Origin: the human T2T-CHM13v2.0 reference genome, Homo sapiens
DNA length: 64,000 nt
Direction: 5' to 3' (one strand)
Assembly: GCF_009914755.1 (NCBI RefSeq)
Contig: NC_060925.1
Each line of letters begins with the position of its first letter. The stretch's first letter is position 1. Shown here in pieces: positions 50,301 to 61,480 of this stretch. The translations under genes and the position numbers were made by a program. Below the pieces are notes generated by a model that had not been told where the DNA came from, did no database searches, and saw only the letters and a list, made by a program, of their open reading frames with translations.

Positions 50301-53004
50301 GCTGGCAGAGGCCGTAGGAGCAGATAAGGGAAAAACTGTAGAATGAACAAGTGCCACGGCTTCCTGGGGGATGGGCACCTTCCCTGACTGGGACCTGCTG
50401 CCCCTCCAGGGGAGGGGGACAGAGGGGGCGACGCTCTTAGGATCAGTCCTACGTGCCTATATTACAAGCCCCCTGACTGTCACCTGGGACTCCTGACTTC
50501 TCCAGACCTAGAAAATGGGCCTTGTGCCTTCCTGGCTGGGCTCCGGGCAGCTCCAGGAAGCTGGGGCCCGTGCTCCACGTGGAGCCCGGCACCCGGCAGC
50601 TCTCCCCGCGGAGCCGGGCACCCGGCAGCTCTCCCCGCTTCCTGCACCCTGTCCTCCCAGGAGCACTGTAACCCACAGCAGCACTGGGGCTGCTCCACGA
50701 GCTGGCAGGTGTCCCTCAGGGGCCTCTCCCCACCCCTATCTGGCCAGGGATCTGACTACAGTGTCCACGCAGCTCGGGAGGCCTCGGCTCTTGGCATGCT
50801 TGCTGTGGCCACTGTTTATGCATGCCACAGCTCCACCTAGTCTCTCTGGCAGCCAGGGCACTTGTAGGGCTTGCTTTCCTCTGGCATTTTGCCAGTGGGT
50901 AGGGAGTGGGTGCCAGGTGGCAGACTTGAGGATCAGAGGCCATGCCAGCCCTAGCCCCCCGCCCCCAACCACCGGTCCATGGGATGAGCTAATAACCCCG
51001 GTACCTGGCCAACTGAGCTGAGCGCCCGCAGCCACTTTGGGGCAATGAATCCCACCCTGGGTCCTTAGGGGAGGGTCCCTTGGGAGACCCCCACCCCCTA
51101 GCCTGCGGTCACAGTTCCTCAAATGCTCTGCAGCAGAGACTAGGAGAGGATTCGGGGCCTGGGCTGGCTCCTAGAGACAGGTTGGGACCCTGCCGGGTCC
51201 TAGCGGAAGGGCCTTAGCCCCCAGAGCTGGGGCTGGCATCAGGGCTGGTTAGGCAGAGTTTGAATCCAGGAGTGGGGTTCCCTGGCCAGCTGGCAGGGTC
51301 CAATGAGGAGCCTTCCCCGGAGGCTCTCGGCAGTGACCCCCGGCTCTGAGTGACTCGCTTGGTGGGCCTAGCTCCAGGAGGTCCTCAGCACAAGGATGGA
51401 CGGTCCAGGGGGCAGCCAGGACAGTGCTGGGACAGCAGGGGAAGACAGGACTTCAAGCCAATGCAGGGTGGCTCTCCCACAGGCCAGCCGGACACCATTG
51501 TGAAGGGTTAGGCTGGGAGGCTCCCAGGCAGAAACATCAGGTGACTTTGGAGGTGGCAGGAAGGGAGCCCCTATTCACCCTCGTACCCCCGCTGTACTCC
51601 CACAACACCTCCCTTGAAAGGGACTCATGCTCCAGGCTGTCAGAGGGAGGCAGTGACACTGGGGGCTGGGACTGCTGGGGGCTCATCTCTGAGCAGGTGG
51701 GGTCCCACCACAACACTCTGGCCCTTGATGGATGCAGGAGGGCAACCCGTGTGGGGGTGTCCAGGCCACGCGCTCACGCCATGGCTCCCACAGCTCTGGG
51801 CATTGATGGCGGCTGGCACTGGCTAGGGGCTCTGGACTCCCGGCTACACAGGGGATCTGGTTGTGTTCAGTGGAGCTATTTCGCAGCTGAAGTGGGGTTC
51901 ATGCTGGCGGCAGTCACATTGTGGCATGTCCCTTGCCTGACTATGGGCTCCCTTGGGTTGGACTGGGGGTGGGGAGGGCAGGACGAGGTAGTCACCCGTG
52001 TGCCCATGACCTATACGCTGCTGGTCCAGCGGCCACATCAAGGAGGTGCTTAGCCAGGGGCTAGGGGTGCGGGAGCACGGGCAGGTGGCCCCAGCCCAGG
52101 CAGGCCCTGGCCAGCACCTCCGCCAGCAGGAAACGGAACCTGAGCCACGTGTGCCCTGACCACCCAGCTGCTGGCAGCGGGGACAGGGCCTGTGCCCAGA
52201 TATGGGGGTGGCACTGAGGCCAGGCCCTGCTCCCGCAGGCTTTGGAGCGACAGGTGGCTGGGGCTTGTGTCCTGTCCTGGTCCCTTCCCCTGAGCCAGCT
52301 CCTCAGCCCACAGGAGACACGTGCCGCCGGGAGATGTGGTCCAACCTCCCCACCCCCACGGCCCGCCCACCCGCAGTGGGCCAGGATGGCGGCCTGCCGG
52401 AGGTGAGGGTGGTGGGTGGGCTGTGTGGGGGCTGCTGCCTCCCGCCTCTTCCTCCCTCCCCCTGGACTGGAGCAGCTTTGATCCAATTTTCAGTTGTGGG
52501 AAATATGAAATGAATGGTGTTGAATCCTGGCCGGATGAAAGGCTGGTTCCCTCCCTGAGTTCGGGCCAGATGGCAGCTCTGGCGGCCTCCGAGGCACACG
52601 CCTGGCCTTTGTGGGCCGTTTAACACTGTGAATGGGGCCAAAGTGTGGGAAACTCACTAGGCTCCCGGCTCACACCATCCACGGTGGGCTGCGGAGGGGG
52701 CTGGAGGAGGGAGGGCTGGAGGCTGCTCCAGGCTGGCAGGCTCTGCTCCACAGAAGCACTGTGAAGTGTTGTGGGGCTGGGATCCTCCACCTTGGCTGCC
52801 CCCAGCAGCTCAGCGTGGGATGGGGGTGTTCTTGCCCCAGCCGGGCTTTGAGGAGGGAGGGAGTTTGTCCTGCCTGCACCTCCCTGAGCCCCCAACCCTG
52901 GAGGGCTCAGTAAGTCTAAGGGGCTTGATAGTTGGGGTGGGGTTGGCACATCTAGAGTTGGTAATAGTCCTCCTGCCTCCACATACACAGACATTGAGGC
53001 AGGG

Positions 53005-53139
53005 CACTTTGCTGTCTCAATTCACGATGCTGTGCCACCATCACCACTGTCCATCTCCAGAAAATGTCCTTCTCTCCAAGCTGAACCTCTGTCCCCATGA
53101 AACATGGACTCTCTATTCTCCTCCACAGCTCAGCAACTG
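53005..53139 (-). mobile_element. Short antisense L1M 3' UTR fragment
   Basis: 53020-53097 is the reverse complement of 53820-53893; flanked by 11-bp direct repeat TTGAGGCAGGG. Confidence 0.5.
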
Positions 53140-53384
53140 TTGAGGCAGGGGGCCTTCAGGCAAAACCTACAAGTTGGGCATGATTAAGCTGGAATGCACG
53201 CGTCTAGAACCATGACCCATTTCTAAATAATCCACACGCCCAGCACCACTCCCTCCAGGGCTGACAGCAAAGCGAAGAGCTCCTCGGAGGGGAGGGGCCT
53301 GTGGGGGTGGGGGGCGATGGGAAGCTCCAGGGGCATTTGCTCCCAGCTTCAAAGCAGGACGTGGTGCTGGGAAGGTCAAACGGC

Positions 53385-53970
53385 GCAGACACTAGAAAAC
53401 AGCTTGGCAGTTCCCCCAAAAATGAAGCACAGAGCAACCATAGGACCCAGCAGCTCCACTTCTAGGTCCATGCACAAGAGAATGGAAAGCAGGACCTGGG
53501 GGAGTTATTTGGGCCCTGTCTTCAGAGCAGTGCAGTTCCCAAACCCAAGAGGCGGCCGCCGCCCCATTGTCTGTGAACAAACAAATGTGGTCCTTCCACA
53601 TAGTGGACCGTTCTTCAGCCTCAGAAGAGAAGGAGGTTGTGACGCAGGTCACAGCAGGCCTGCACCTTGAGGACACTGTGCTCAGTGACATAAAGCAGTC
53701 ACAAAAGGGCCCATCCCAGGTGGTGCCATTGTAGGAGGCCCCTAGAGTCGTCAGATTCACAGACAGAAAGTGGAATGGTGGGTGCCAGGGGCTGGGAGGG
53801 ACTGGGCAGTAAGCGTTCCTGGGGACAGAGGTTCGGCTTGGGAGATGGACATTTTCTGGAGGTGGACAGTGGTGACGGTGGCACATCACGAATGCTTTTC
53901 ATGGCATGGAACTCTGTGCTGAGAAATGGCTAAGATGGTTGTTTTATGTTATATATATTTTGCCACAACT
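53385..53970 (+). mobile_element. Old L1 (L1M-type) 3' end fragment
   Basis: GAAAACAGCTTGGCAGTT...ACCATAGGACCCAGCA...ACAGACAGAAAGTGGAATGGTGG...GATGGTTGTTTTATGTTATATATATTTT resembles the mammalian L1 ORF2 end and 3' UTR. Confidence 0.7.
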
Positions 53971-55954
53971 GGAGAAAACAAAAAGGAGGAGCTTTTTTGG
54001 AGAAGAACCACGAACTCCCTCCTGCTGCCCCCTCCCCGCCCAGGCAGTGGCAGCCCCCACAATCCTTCCCAGGCCCTGCCTCCAGCTGAGGAAGTAGGTG
54101 TGGTGCCGGGCACCCCTGACCTGGTGTTCCTGTCCCCAAGGGTTTCCAGCTTGGGGTGTGGGGAACAGGCAGGCTGGCGGGGGCCAGGAGCCAGGCTGAC
54201 CTGGGGAAGGAGGGTCAGGGGTAACCATAGCTCCCAGCTTCTTCCTCTTCCAGCCCCTGAAGCCCTTGCTTGGGGGCCTCTGGGTGGAAACTCTACTCGA
54301 AGTCTGCAAAACGCCCTGCTGCCTGGGAAGTCAGTTCAGGGAGATGGCCCCGTTCCAGATTTCAGAGACAGCGGCCTCCCCCACATCCAGGACCCCTGCC
54401 TGAACAGTGGCCAGCACTGCCTGCCATTGCCCTGGGCCCATCCATGCATAGGGCTCTGCCCTGGAGCCAGGCCACCCCCCGCATCAGCAGCCAGCCCACC
54501 TGCTGCAAGGAGCCACCCAGCTTGTCTCCCCAGCTGTGAACAGATGCAGCCGGACCAGGTGTGGCTCCGAGTCTCCACCCTCGGCCAGGGAGGGCACCTG
54601 TTCATGGGAGGTGGAGTGGCTGGGAGAGGGTTGAGATCTCTCCTTGGGGCTCCAGGCGGGAGCTGCAGTGGGGGAGGGAGGAAGAGTCCTCAGGCGCTGA
54701 GCATCTGTGAATCACCAGGCAGGTATGGAACATGGAAATCCGACTTCCTACAACAGCCCTCCCTGCAAAGTGCGTGGGCCTGTGCTCACTCTCCAGCTGG
54801 GGGGCTGGGGGCAAGAGGGTCACAGAGGTTAAGTGACGTGCCCAAGGTCACATGTACTCTGGGTCAGCTAACAGGAGGAGTCAACACTCGAGTATTTATT
54901 ATGCACTTCATGTGTACTTGCCAGTTTAGACTTGACTACGAAGCCAGGAGGTAGGCACTGTTTATTTTCTGTTTACACTGAGTCTGCAGCGCAGAGAGGT
55001 GCTCACACCACACAGCTGGTGAGGGTCTGACGTGAGACGGGGACGTGTGGTGGTGCGCCCCGTCTTCTTCCTGAGGAGCTGAGGGAGGTGGGGTGGTGGG
55101 AAGGGAGGGGTGTGCGGAGCTGGGGGAGGGAGCCTGGGGCGCTCACGTGCGGGGAGCCCTCTGGCGGGGAGGGGGCATTGGTGAGGGACGGTGTGGCCTC
55201 CCCCCGCTCCCTGCAGCCCTCCACCCTCTGGCGAGGGCAGAGCAGCGCATCGATCCGATCAGTGCTGGGAGCTGGAGCTCCAGATGGTGGGTGGCCTGCA
55301 CGGACGTGTGGACAAAGGGAGGCTGTAGCATGAAGGCGGCCAGCGAGGCACGCGCGATGCCCTTTGTCACCAGGGAAGGCCGCCAGGAGCGCGGAGTGTG
55401 GGAACCGCCGGCTCTCGTCTTTAGGGGTGCTCTGTGGGGGTGGCGCACCACCATGAGGCCAAGAGGAAATCCTCGGCCCTTTCCACGCCCTGGCCCCTCT
55501 GCTAGGCCGGTGGTGGCCTCCCTGTGGCCTCAGTTCCTTGCACCCCTCCCCTCCTAAATGAAGAACTGGACCAAAGACCTGGGTCCAGAAATGGGGCTGG
55601 TTCCAGCTCCTCCCCACAGCCAGCCCCCCTCAGTGGGCAGCTTCTCTTTCGTTGGTCAGCAGATGCTTGAGCACACATGCTGAGCTGGGACTGAGGCTCC
55701 TGCACTGGGGGTAGGGGACACTCTTACCTGTGGGAGATGCCTTGAGGGTGTAGACTGGGCCCGGCATGGACCTGCGGTGAAGCCAGGTGCAACAGCTGAG
55801 CTGGAGCCTGTCTGACACCGGTGGCAGAGTCGGGCAGCCGCACGCCCCCCAGCAGAGCCAACACAGTTTTGGGGACATAGATTTGGTTAATTTTTCATGT
55901 CTGTGTTTTCTTGAATGAGCATTTATTACTTGTGCAGTTTTTGAAAGGGCTTCC

Positions 55955-56030
55955 CCACACACAGACACACGCACACACACAGACAACACACACATGCTCA
56001 CATACATACATACGTGCATCCACATGCATA
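55955..56030. repeat. Degenerate (CA)n
   Basis: cacacacagacacacgcacacacac... Confidence 0.75.
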
Positions 56031-56254
56031 GGTTCCTATGGGAGGAAGTCATTGCATCTTCAGAAGGGCGAGAAAGAATCCCTGAGGTGGGGACAAAGGG
56101 GAAGGTGGGTGACCAAGAGGGGCTTCCAGAGGGAACGGTGACTAAGGAGGGTGTTGGCGAGTTCTGCTTGAGGAGTTCTGGGAAGCACCTTCCAGGCAGA
56201 GGGCACTACAGGGACACCAGCTTGGGGCAAGAGAGACCAGGTGAGCAGGACTGA

Positions 56255-56590
<336 letters not shown>

Positions 56591-56601
56591 CAGGAGGCTC
56601 C

Positions 56602-56870
56602 TGTGTATACACCTGTGTGAGTGCACCTGTGCGTGTGTGTGTGTGTGCCTGTATGCATGTACTTATGTGTGTGCACTTGAGTACGTGTGTGTGCCTGTGT
56701 CTGTACGAGTGTGTGTGTGTGCCTGTGTCCCAGTGTGTGTGTGCGCTCATGTGTCTGTGTACCAGTGTGTGCGCTTGTGTACGTGTGTGCCCATGTGTCT
56801 GTGTGTACCAGTGTGTGTGTGTGTGCATGTGTGCCCATGTGTGTCTATGCATGCATCTGCGTGCATGTGC
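56602..56870. repeat. Degenerate (TG)n tract
   Basis: Long alternating TG/CA purine-pyrimidine run. Confidence 0.85.
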
Positions 56871-57436
56871 CCAGGAATGCTCACGCCTGCTCAGATGTCC
56901 TCAGCTGGGCCACCCGTCCCCACCCTGCCCCGCTGCCCTAACTCCCAGAGTACCCGCATTGGCCGAGCACTGCTCTGTGCCACGTGAGCCCTGGGCCCTG
57001 GGGTGACTGTGGGGAAAAACCCTGACAGGAGTGCCTCTGCCCTGCCCTGCCCAGTAGGAACGGTGCTCAACCAGGCCCCTGGCGGCCCTCCGAGGCAGGT
57101 AAGTGCGTCCCTATCTGCAGGTGAGGGACAGAGGTGCTGAGGGGCAAAATAACTTGCCAAGGTCTCACGGTCATGCCCCCCACCACCATGCCTGGGGGCA
57201 GGCCTTGGCAAGGGGCATGCTGCCAGTCAGTTGGCAGCAGAGCCAAGAAGGGACAGAGCTCAGGGTGTGGCCCTCAGTGCTTAGGACCAGCTGCTCCTCC
57301 CCTTGACGCTGGCTTCCCACAGGAGGTGCCGCTGTGTGCTGCTCACACCCAGAAGAGGGGGTCAGGGCATGCAGAGTCCAGTCGGGAAGCCGAGGCCCGA
57401 GGAAAGGTGGGCAGGGGCCAGAGCCTTCTCCTGGGG

Positions 57437-58611
57437 TGGAGGTCAGGCTGCAGACACTGCTAGCCCTGTCCCACCACAGCCCGGCTTCTCAGTTGGGTCT
57501 CCACCGGCTGTGACACTCCCACGTGATGCCAACAGGTGTTATGAGGCAGACTCTGTAACCCGCTTGGGATGCTCAAGCCCCAGGGTAGAATTCAGGCCCA
57601 AGGGGTGATTGGGGAAGGGGGGTCTGACGTCCTTGGGAGCTGCTGGGCCTGTCTCTGCACGCCTGACGTGGAGTGACCTCGGTCAGAGGGTGGGCTGAGA
57701 ACTCTCTCATCGTCCAGGGTGGAGGCTGGATAGGCCTCCCTGTTCACACTGTGCTAAAGTAAATAGCAGTTCCTGAGCCCTCCTGTGTGCAGAGTCCCCT
57801 CTGTGTGCAGAGCCCCTCCTGTGTGCAGAGTCCCCTCTGTGTGCAGAGTCCCTCCTGTGTGCAGAGTCCCTCCTGTGTACAGAGTCCCTCCTGTGTGCAG
57901 AGTCCCCTCAGTGTGCAGAGTCCCCTCTGTGTGCAGAGCCCCTCCTGTGTGCAGAGTCCCTAGAGCCCCTCCTGTGTGCAGAGTCCCCTCAGTGTGCAGA
58001 GTCCCTCCTGTGTGCAGAGCCCCTCCTGTGTGCAGAGTCCCTAGAGCCCCTCCTGTGTGCAGAGTCCCTAGAGTCCCTCCTGTGTGCAGAGTCCCCTCTG
58101 TGTGCAGAGCCCCTCCTGTGTGCAGAGCTGCTCCTGTGTGCAGAGTCCCCTCCGTGTGCAGAGCCCCTCCTGTGTGCAGAGCCCCTCCTGTGTGCAGTCC
58201 CCTTTGTGTGCAGAACCCCTCCTGTGTGCAGAGCCGCTCCTGTGTGCAGAGCCCCTCCTGTGTGCAGAGCCCCCACTGTGTAGAGAGCATGCCTGTGTGT
58301 GGATACCTCTTACGTGCAGAGCCCTTCCTGTGTGCAGATCATCCTCTGTGTGCTGAGCCCCCCAGTATGTGGAGCCTCCCCTGGGCTTGAAGTACTCCGA
58401 TTTGCTGAGGTCAGGACATCAGACCCCCCTCCCCAATCACCCCTTGGGCCTGAATTCTACCTGGGGGCCTGAGCATCCCAAGTGGGTTAGAGAGTCTGCC
58501 TTGAGTAACACCTTTTGGCAGCACCCAGGGGTGTCACAGCCAGTGAGATACCCAGCTGAGAAGCCGGGCTGCAGTGGGACAGGGCTCGCAGCCTCTACAG
58601 CCTGACCTCCA
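57437..58611. repeat. Diverged inverted repeat, arms 57437-57633 and 58413-58611
   Basis: Arms are reverse complements at roughly 85% identity (e.g. GGTAGAATTCAGGCCCAAGGGGTGATTGGGG). Confidence 0.9.
57775..58345. repeat. VNTR, ~30 copies of 18-bp unit CCTCCTGTGTGCAGAG(T/C)C
   Basis: Tandem copies visible; source of the CRVPPV ORF artefact. Confidence 0.95.
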
Positions 58612-58689
58612 AATGAGCATCCCCTGTGTGCACAGCCCAGAAGGGCTTCGCATCTGCACGGCAACTCTGTGATTTTGGATTATGATGAT

Positions 58690-58755
58690 CAAGTCCATTG
58701 TACAGATGAGGAAACTGAGGCTTCACAAGGTGAGGGGACTGGCCTGCCCAGGTGT
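58690..58755 (-). mobile_element. MIR fragment
   Basis: CCATTGTACAGATGAGGAAACTGAGGC is the MIR core, antisense. Confidence 0.65.
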
Positions 58756-58924
58756 GCTTCTGGGGCCCTCACGGGGGTCAGCCTCTCAGCTCCTACTCTG
58801 CAGCAACTCCCCAGGCTGGGAACACAGACACCTGCTCTTCCCGTGACTGTGGAGACAGAAGGCCCATCTCCTGCGGCATTTCAGTGTTGCGCTGAGGTGC
58901 AGAGCTGGGGTGCAGAGTCCATCC

Positions 58925-59773
58925 GGTGGAGGGATGGAGCCTTACCTTAGTCAGATGAGAAATGGTACCTCCACCGCCCAGCTCAGCCCACCTATAGTGC
59001 TCTCACGCAAGGCCTTAGGCCTGCCTTCCCTGTTCAGACCCCACGGGTCCCCGTGTGGCCAGGTTGGTTGCGATCGGGAGATGGGTAGAGGGCCCTGCCC
59101 CCTGACTTGGTGCCCCTGGCCAGGTGCAGTGTGCAGTGCAGGCTTGAACCTGCAGGGGTCCCCCAGGAGCGTGTTTCCTTCCCAGAGGCCCCGGGGCAGG
59201 CACTGAGTGGCTTGGTGAAAGCAGAAGGTCCAGGCCAAGGCTGGGCTCTGCCCTTGTCTTTTTCACTTAGAGACTGTTGGACACACCCCACTCCTCTCTG
59301 AGCCTCAGCTTACGGGTCTGTAAAATGGGCTTTCCCTGCCAAGCTCATCTTGGTCTTGGGAGGCCTGGCTCCAGGTGGCTGGAAGTGAGACAAACCCTGA
59401 GGATGGCGGGGAAAGAGCTGGGGCACTGCAGAGTAGCGCCCACCCCCTCCATACCCAGTTAGCCCCAGCCCAGGAGACTCTGTGCTGGGGCTGGCCACCT
59501 GCTGTCTGATCCTCACCTGGAATACGGCTTGTGGGCCCAAACAGGTGTCCCAGTCCCTGCACTGCACACTGCACCTGGCCAGGGGCACCAAGTCAGGGGG
59601 CAGGGCCCTCTACCCATCTCCCGATCGCAACCAACCTGGCCACACGGGGACCCGTAGGGTCTGAACAGGGAAGGCAGGCCTAAGGCCTTGCGTGAGAGCA
59701 CTATAGGTGGGCTGAGCTGGGCGGTGGAAGTACCATTTCTCATCTGACTAAGGTAAGGCTCCATCCCTCCACC
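58925..59773. repeat. Near-perfect inverted repeat, 218-bp arms (58925-59142 and 59556-59773), 413-bp spacer
   Basis: Arm 2 reverse complement matches arm 1 with two mismatches. Confidence 0.95.
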
Positions 59774-60279
59774 AGGACCTGTGGCTGGGCTCCCCGCCGC
59801 AGCCCTGACCCAAGAACCTCAGGGGGAAGGGCCCTTGCTGGAGAATTGGGGGTGCACCAGGCCCACCGAGCTGATGCCCTTTGGTGCCCTGGCTTGGGCC
59901 TGGGTTCTCCAGGGCTGCTGGGGTGAGGCTGGCACCCGAGAGGCCACTGGGGCCCCTGCTGAGACAGTAGCCCACACCCCTGCGCAGGGCACGCCAGCTG
60001 CTCCTAGGGCACCTGGGCATCTGTGGAGATGGGGTGGGGGTTCCTGAAGCCGAGGGGGCTCCTGTAGCCCTGAGGGCACCCCCCACAGACTGCAGCCTTC
60101 CCAAGTCCCAGGCCAGGCTTGAGGCCCCAGCTTTGTGCACCATTCCAGGCCCCACCTTCACCAAGGGACTGGAGTCCACACCCCAGAGGGCATGGGCGCA
60201 ACCTCAGGCTCCCCCTGCCCAGCTTTCCGGGCCTCAGTTTCCCTAGTGTAAAACCAGGCTGCTATGGGGACCATGGGGA

Positions 60280-60800
60280 CACCTGTGGGGTTGGTTCCCC
60301 CGGTGCGCAGGGGTGGGTGGTGGGAAAGCCCGCGGCCCGCAGTCTCACGGGCGCGGGGATTAGGGGCCGTCCGGGCCCACGTGGCCGCACGCCCCGCCCC
60401 GCCGGTGTCCCCCCACCCCCCGTGCGCCCCGGGGCAGGGCCGGGTCGCCGTCCCAAGCTGGTTAAAAACCCCGCGGTGTCAGAGAGCAGCTCGTTCCCAA
60501 CCTCTGAAAGGCAGACAAGCCCTTTATTGCTCTATTATAACGCGGAGCCAGATGGTCTTTTGGGAGTTGCCCCCCCGCGCCCCCCGCCGCCGCCCTCATT
60601 CATTCAGACTCAGACCCCGGCACTAATGCCGCGGGGGGGCCCAGGCACGCTTCCCTCGCCGCCCGCCCGCGCAGTGTGGGAACCGCCGGCGAGCGCGAAC
60701 CCACAGCCGGGCGGAGGGAGGGGCTTGGAAACCCGCGCATCGGAGAGCTGGGGAGGGGTGGGGAGGGCTGCGTCCCAGCTCGCCTGGGCCGGGAGGGCTC
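60280..60800. promoter_or_regulatory. Orphan CpG island with RBPJ motifs, candidate HES5 distal enhancer
   Basis: CpG-dense with no recognisable coding exon; GTGGGAA 60320-60326, GTCTCACG 60342-60349, TGTGGGAA 60675-60682. Confidence 0.55.
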
Positions 60801-60889
60801 TCAAGTTAGGGGCTAAGGGAATGCTCAGGAGGCTCGTCCCCAGCCCCACAATCCCTGGTTCTTAGAGGCTGGGGAGGCGGGAGCAGGGA

Positions 60890-61050
60890 GGAATCCCAGG
60901 GTCCCCAGCTGTGGGACCTCGGGCAGGGCACTTAACCCTACCCGTGCCTCAGTTTCCTCATCTGTTAAATGGGGACAGTGATAGGGCCCCCTCACTAGGT
61001 TTCGGGAGGATCAGAAGCGTTAATATTTGTAAAACTTTTAGAAAAGGGGT
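60890..61050 (+). mobile_element. MIR SINE remnant
   Basis: GACCTCGGGCAGGGCACTTAACC...GCCTCAGTTTCCTCATCTGTTAAATGGGGA. Confidence 0.75.
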
Positions 61051-61104
61051 GAGCGTCTGGGCCTCTCACTGATTTTGTACCACTCCCCACCCCCACCCAA
61101 GAGT

Positions 61105-61230
61105 GTTTTTTACTTTTTTTTTTTTTTTTTTTTTGAGACAGGGTCTCTCTGTGTTGCCCAGGCTGGTCTTGAACTCCAGGGCTCAAGCGATCCTCCTGCC
61201 TTGGCCTCCTGAGTAGCTGGGATTACAGGT
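61105..61230 (-). mobile_element. Alu monomer (FLAM/AluJ-like)
   Basis: Poly-T then GAGACAGGGTCTC...GGGCTCAAGCGATCCTCCTGCC...GGGATTACAGG. Confidence 0.85.
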
Positions 61231-61259
61231 CGGCCGGTCTCAGCACCAGCTGAAACAAA

Positions 61260-61480
61260 TAAATAGAGAAGAAAGATGTTTCACTACTTGTGAAAAAGAT
61301 GAAATTCAAGTTTCAGCGTCCATAAATAACATTGTACGGAGACACAGCAGGGCGCCACACCCGATGCTATCCAGGAAGGCCACCTCCTGGCGTGACGCCA
61401 GTGGCGTGGTAGGACAGAAGCCTGGCCACGTGGCCTGCAGTGGTTACTGCTGGGCCCTCTTCATAAGCACTGGTCCCACC
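61260..61480. mobile_element. Possible hAT-Charlie type DNA-transposon remnant (MER58-like)
   Basis: GAAATTCAAGTTTCAGCGTCCATAAATAAC...ACACAGC resembles my recollection of the consensus; not aligned. Confidence 0.35.

Noticed and set aside
53926-54954. 342-aa ORF upstream of HES5
   Set aside because: Starts within the L1 remnant tail; no recognisable protein features or splice structure.
57754-58390. Repetitive Cys/His-rich ORFs (CRVPPV, LHTGG) resembling keratin-associated or zinc-finger linker proteins
   Set aside because: Translation artefacts of the 18-bp VNTR.
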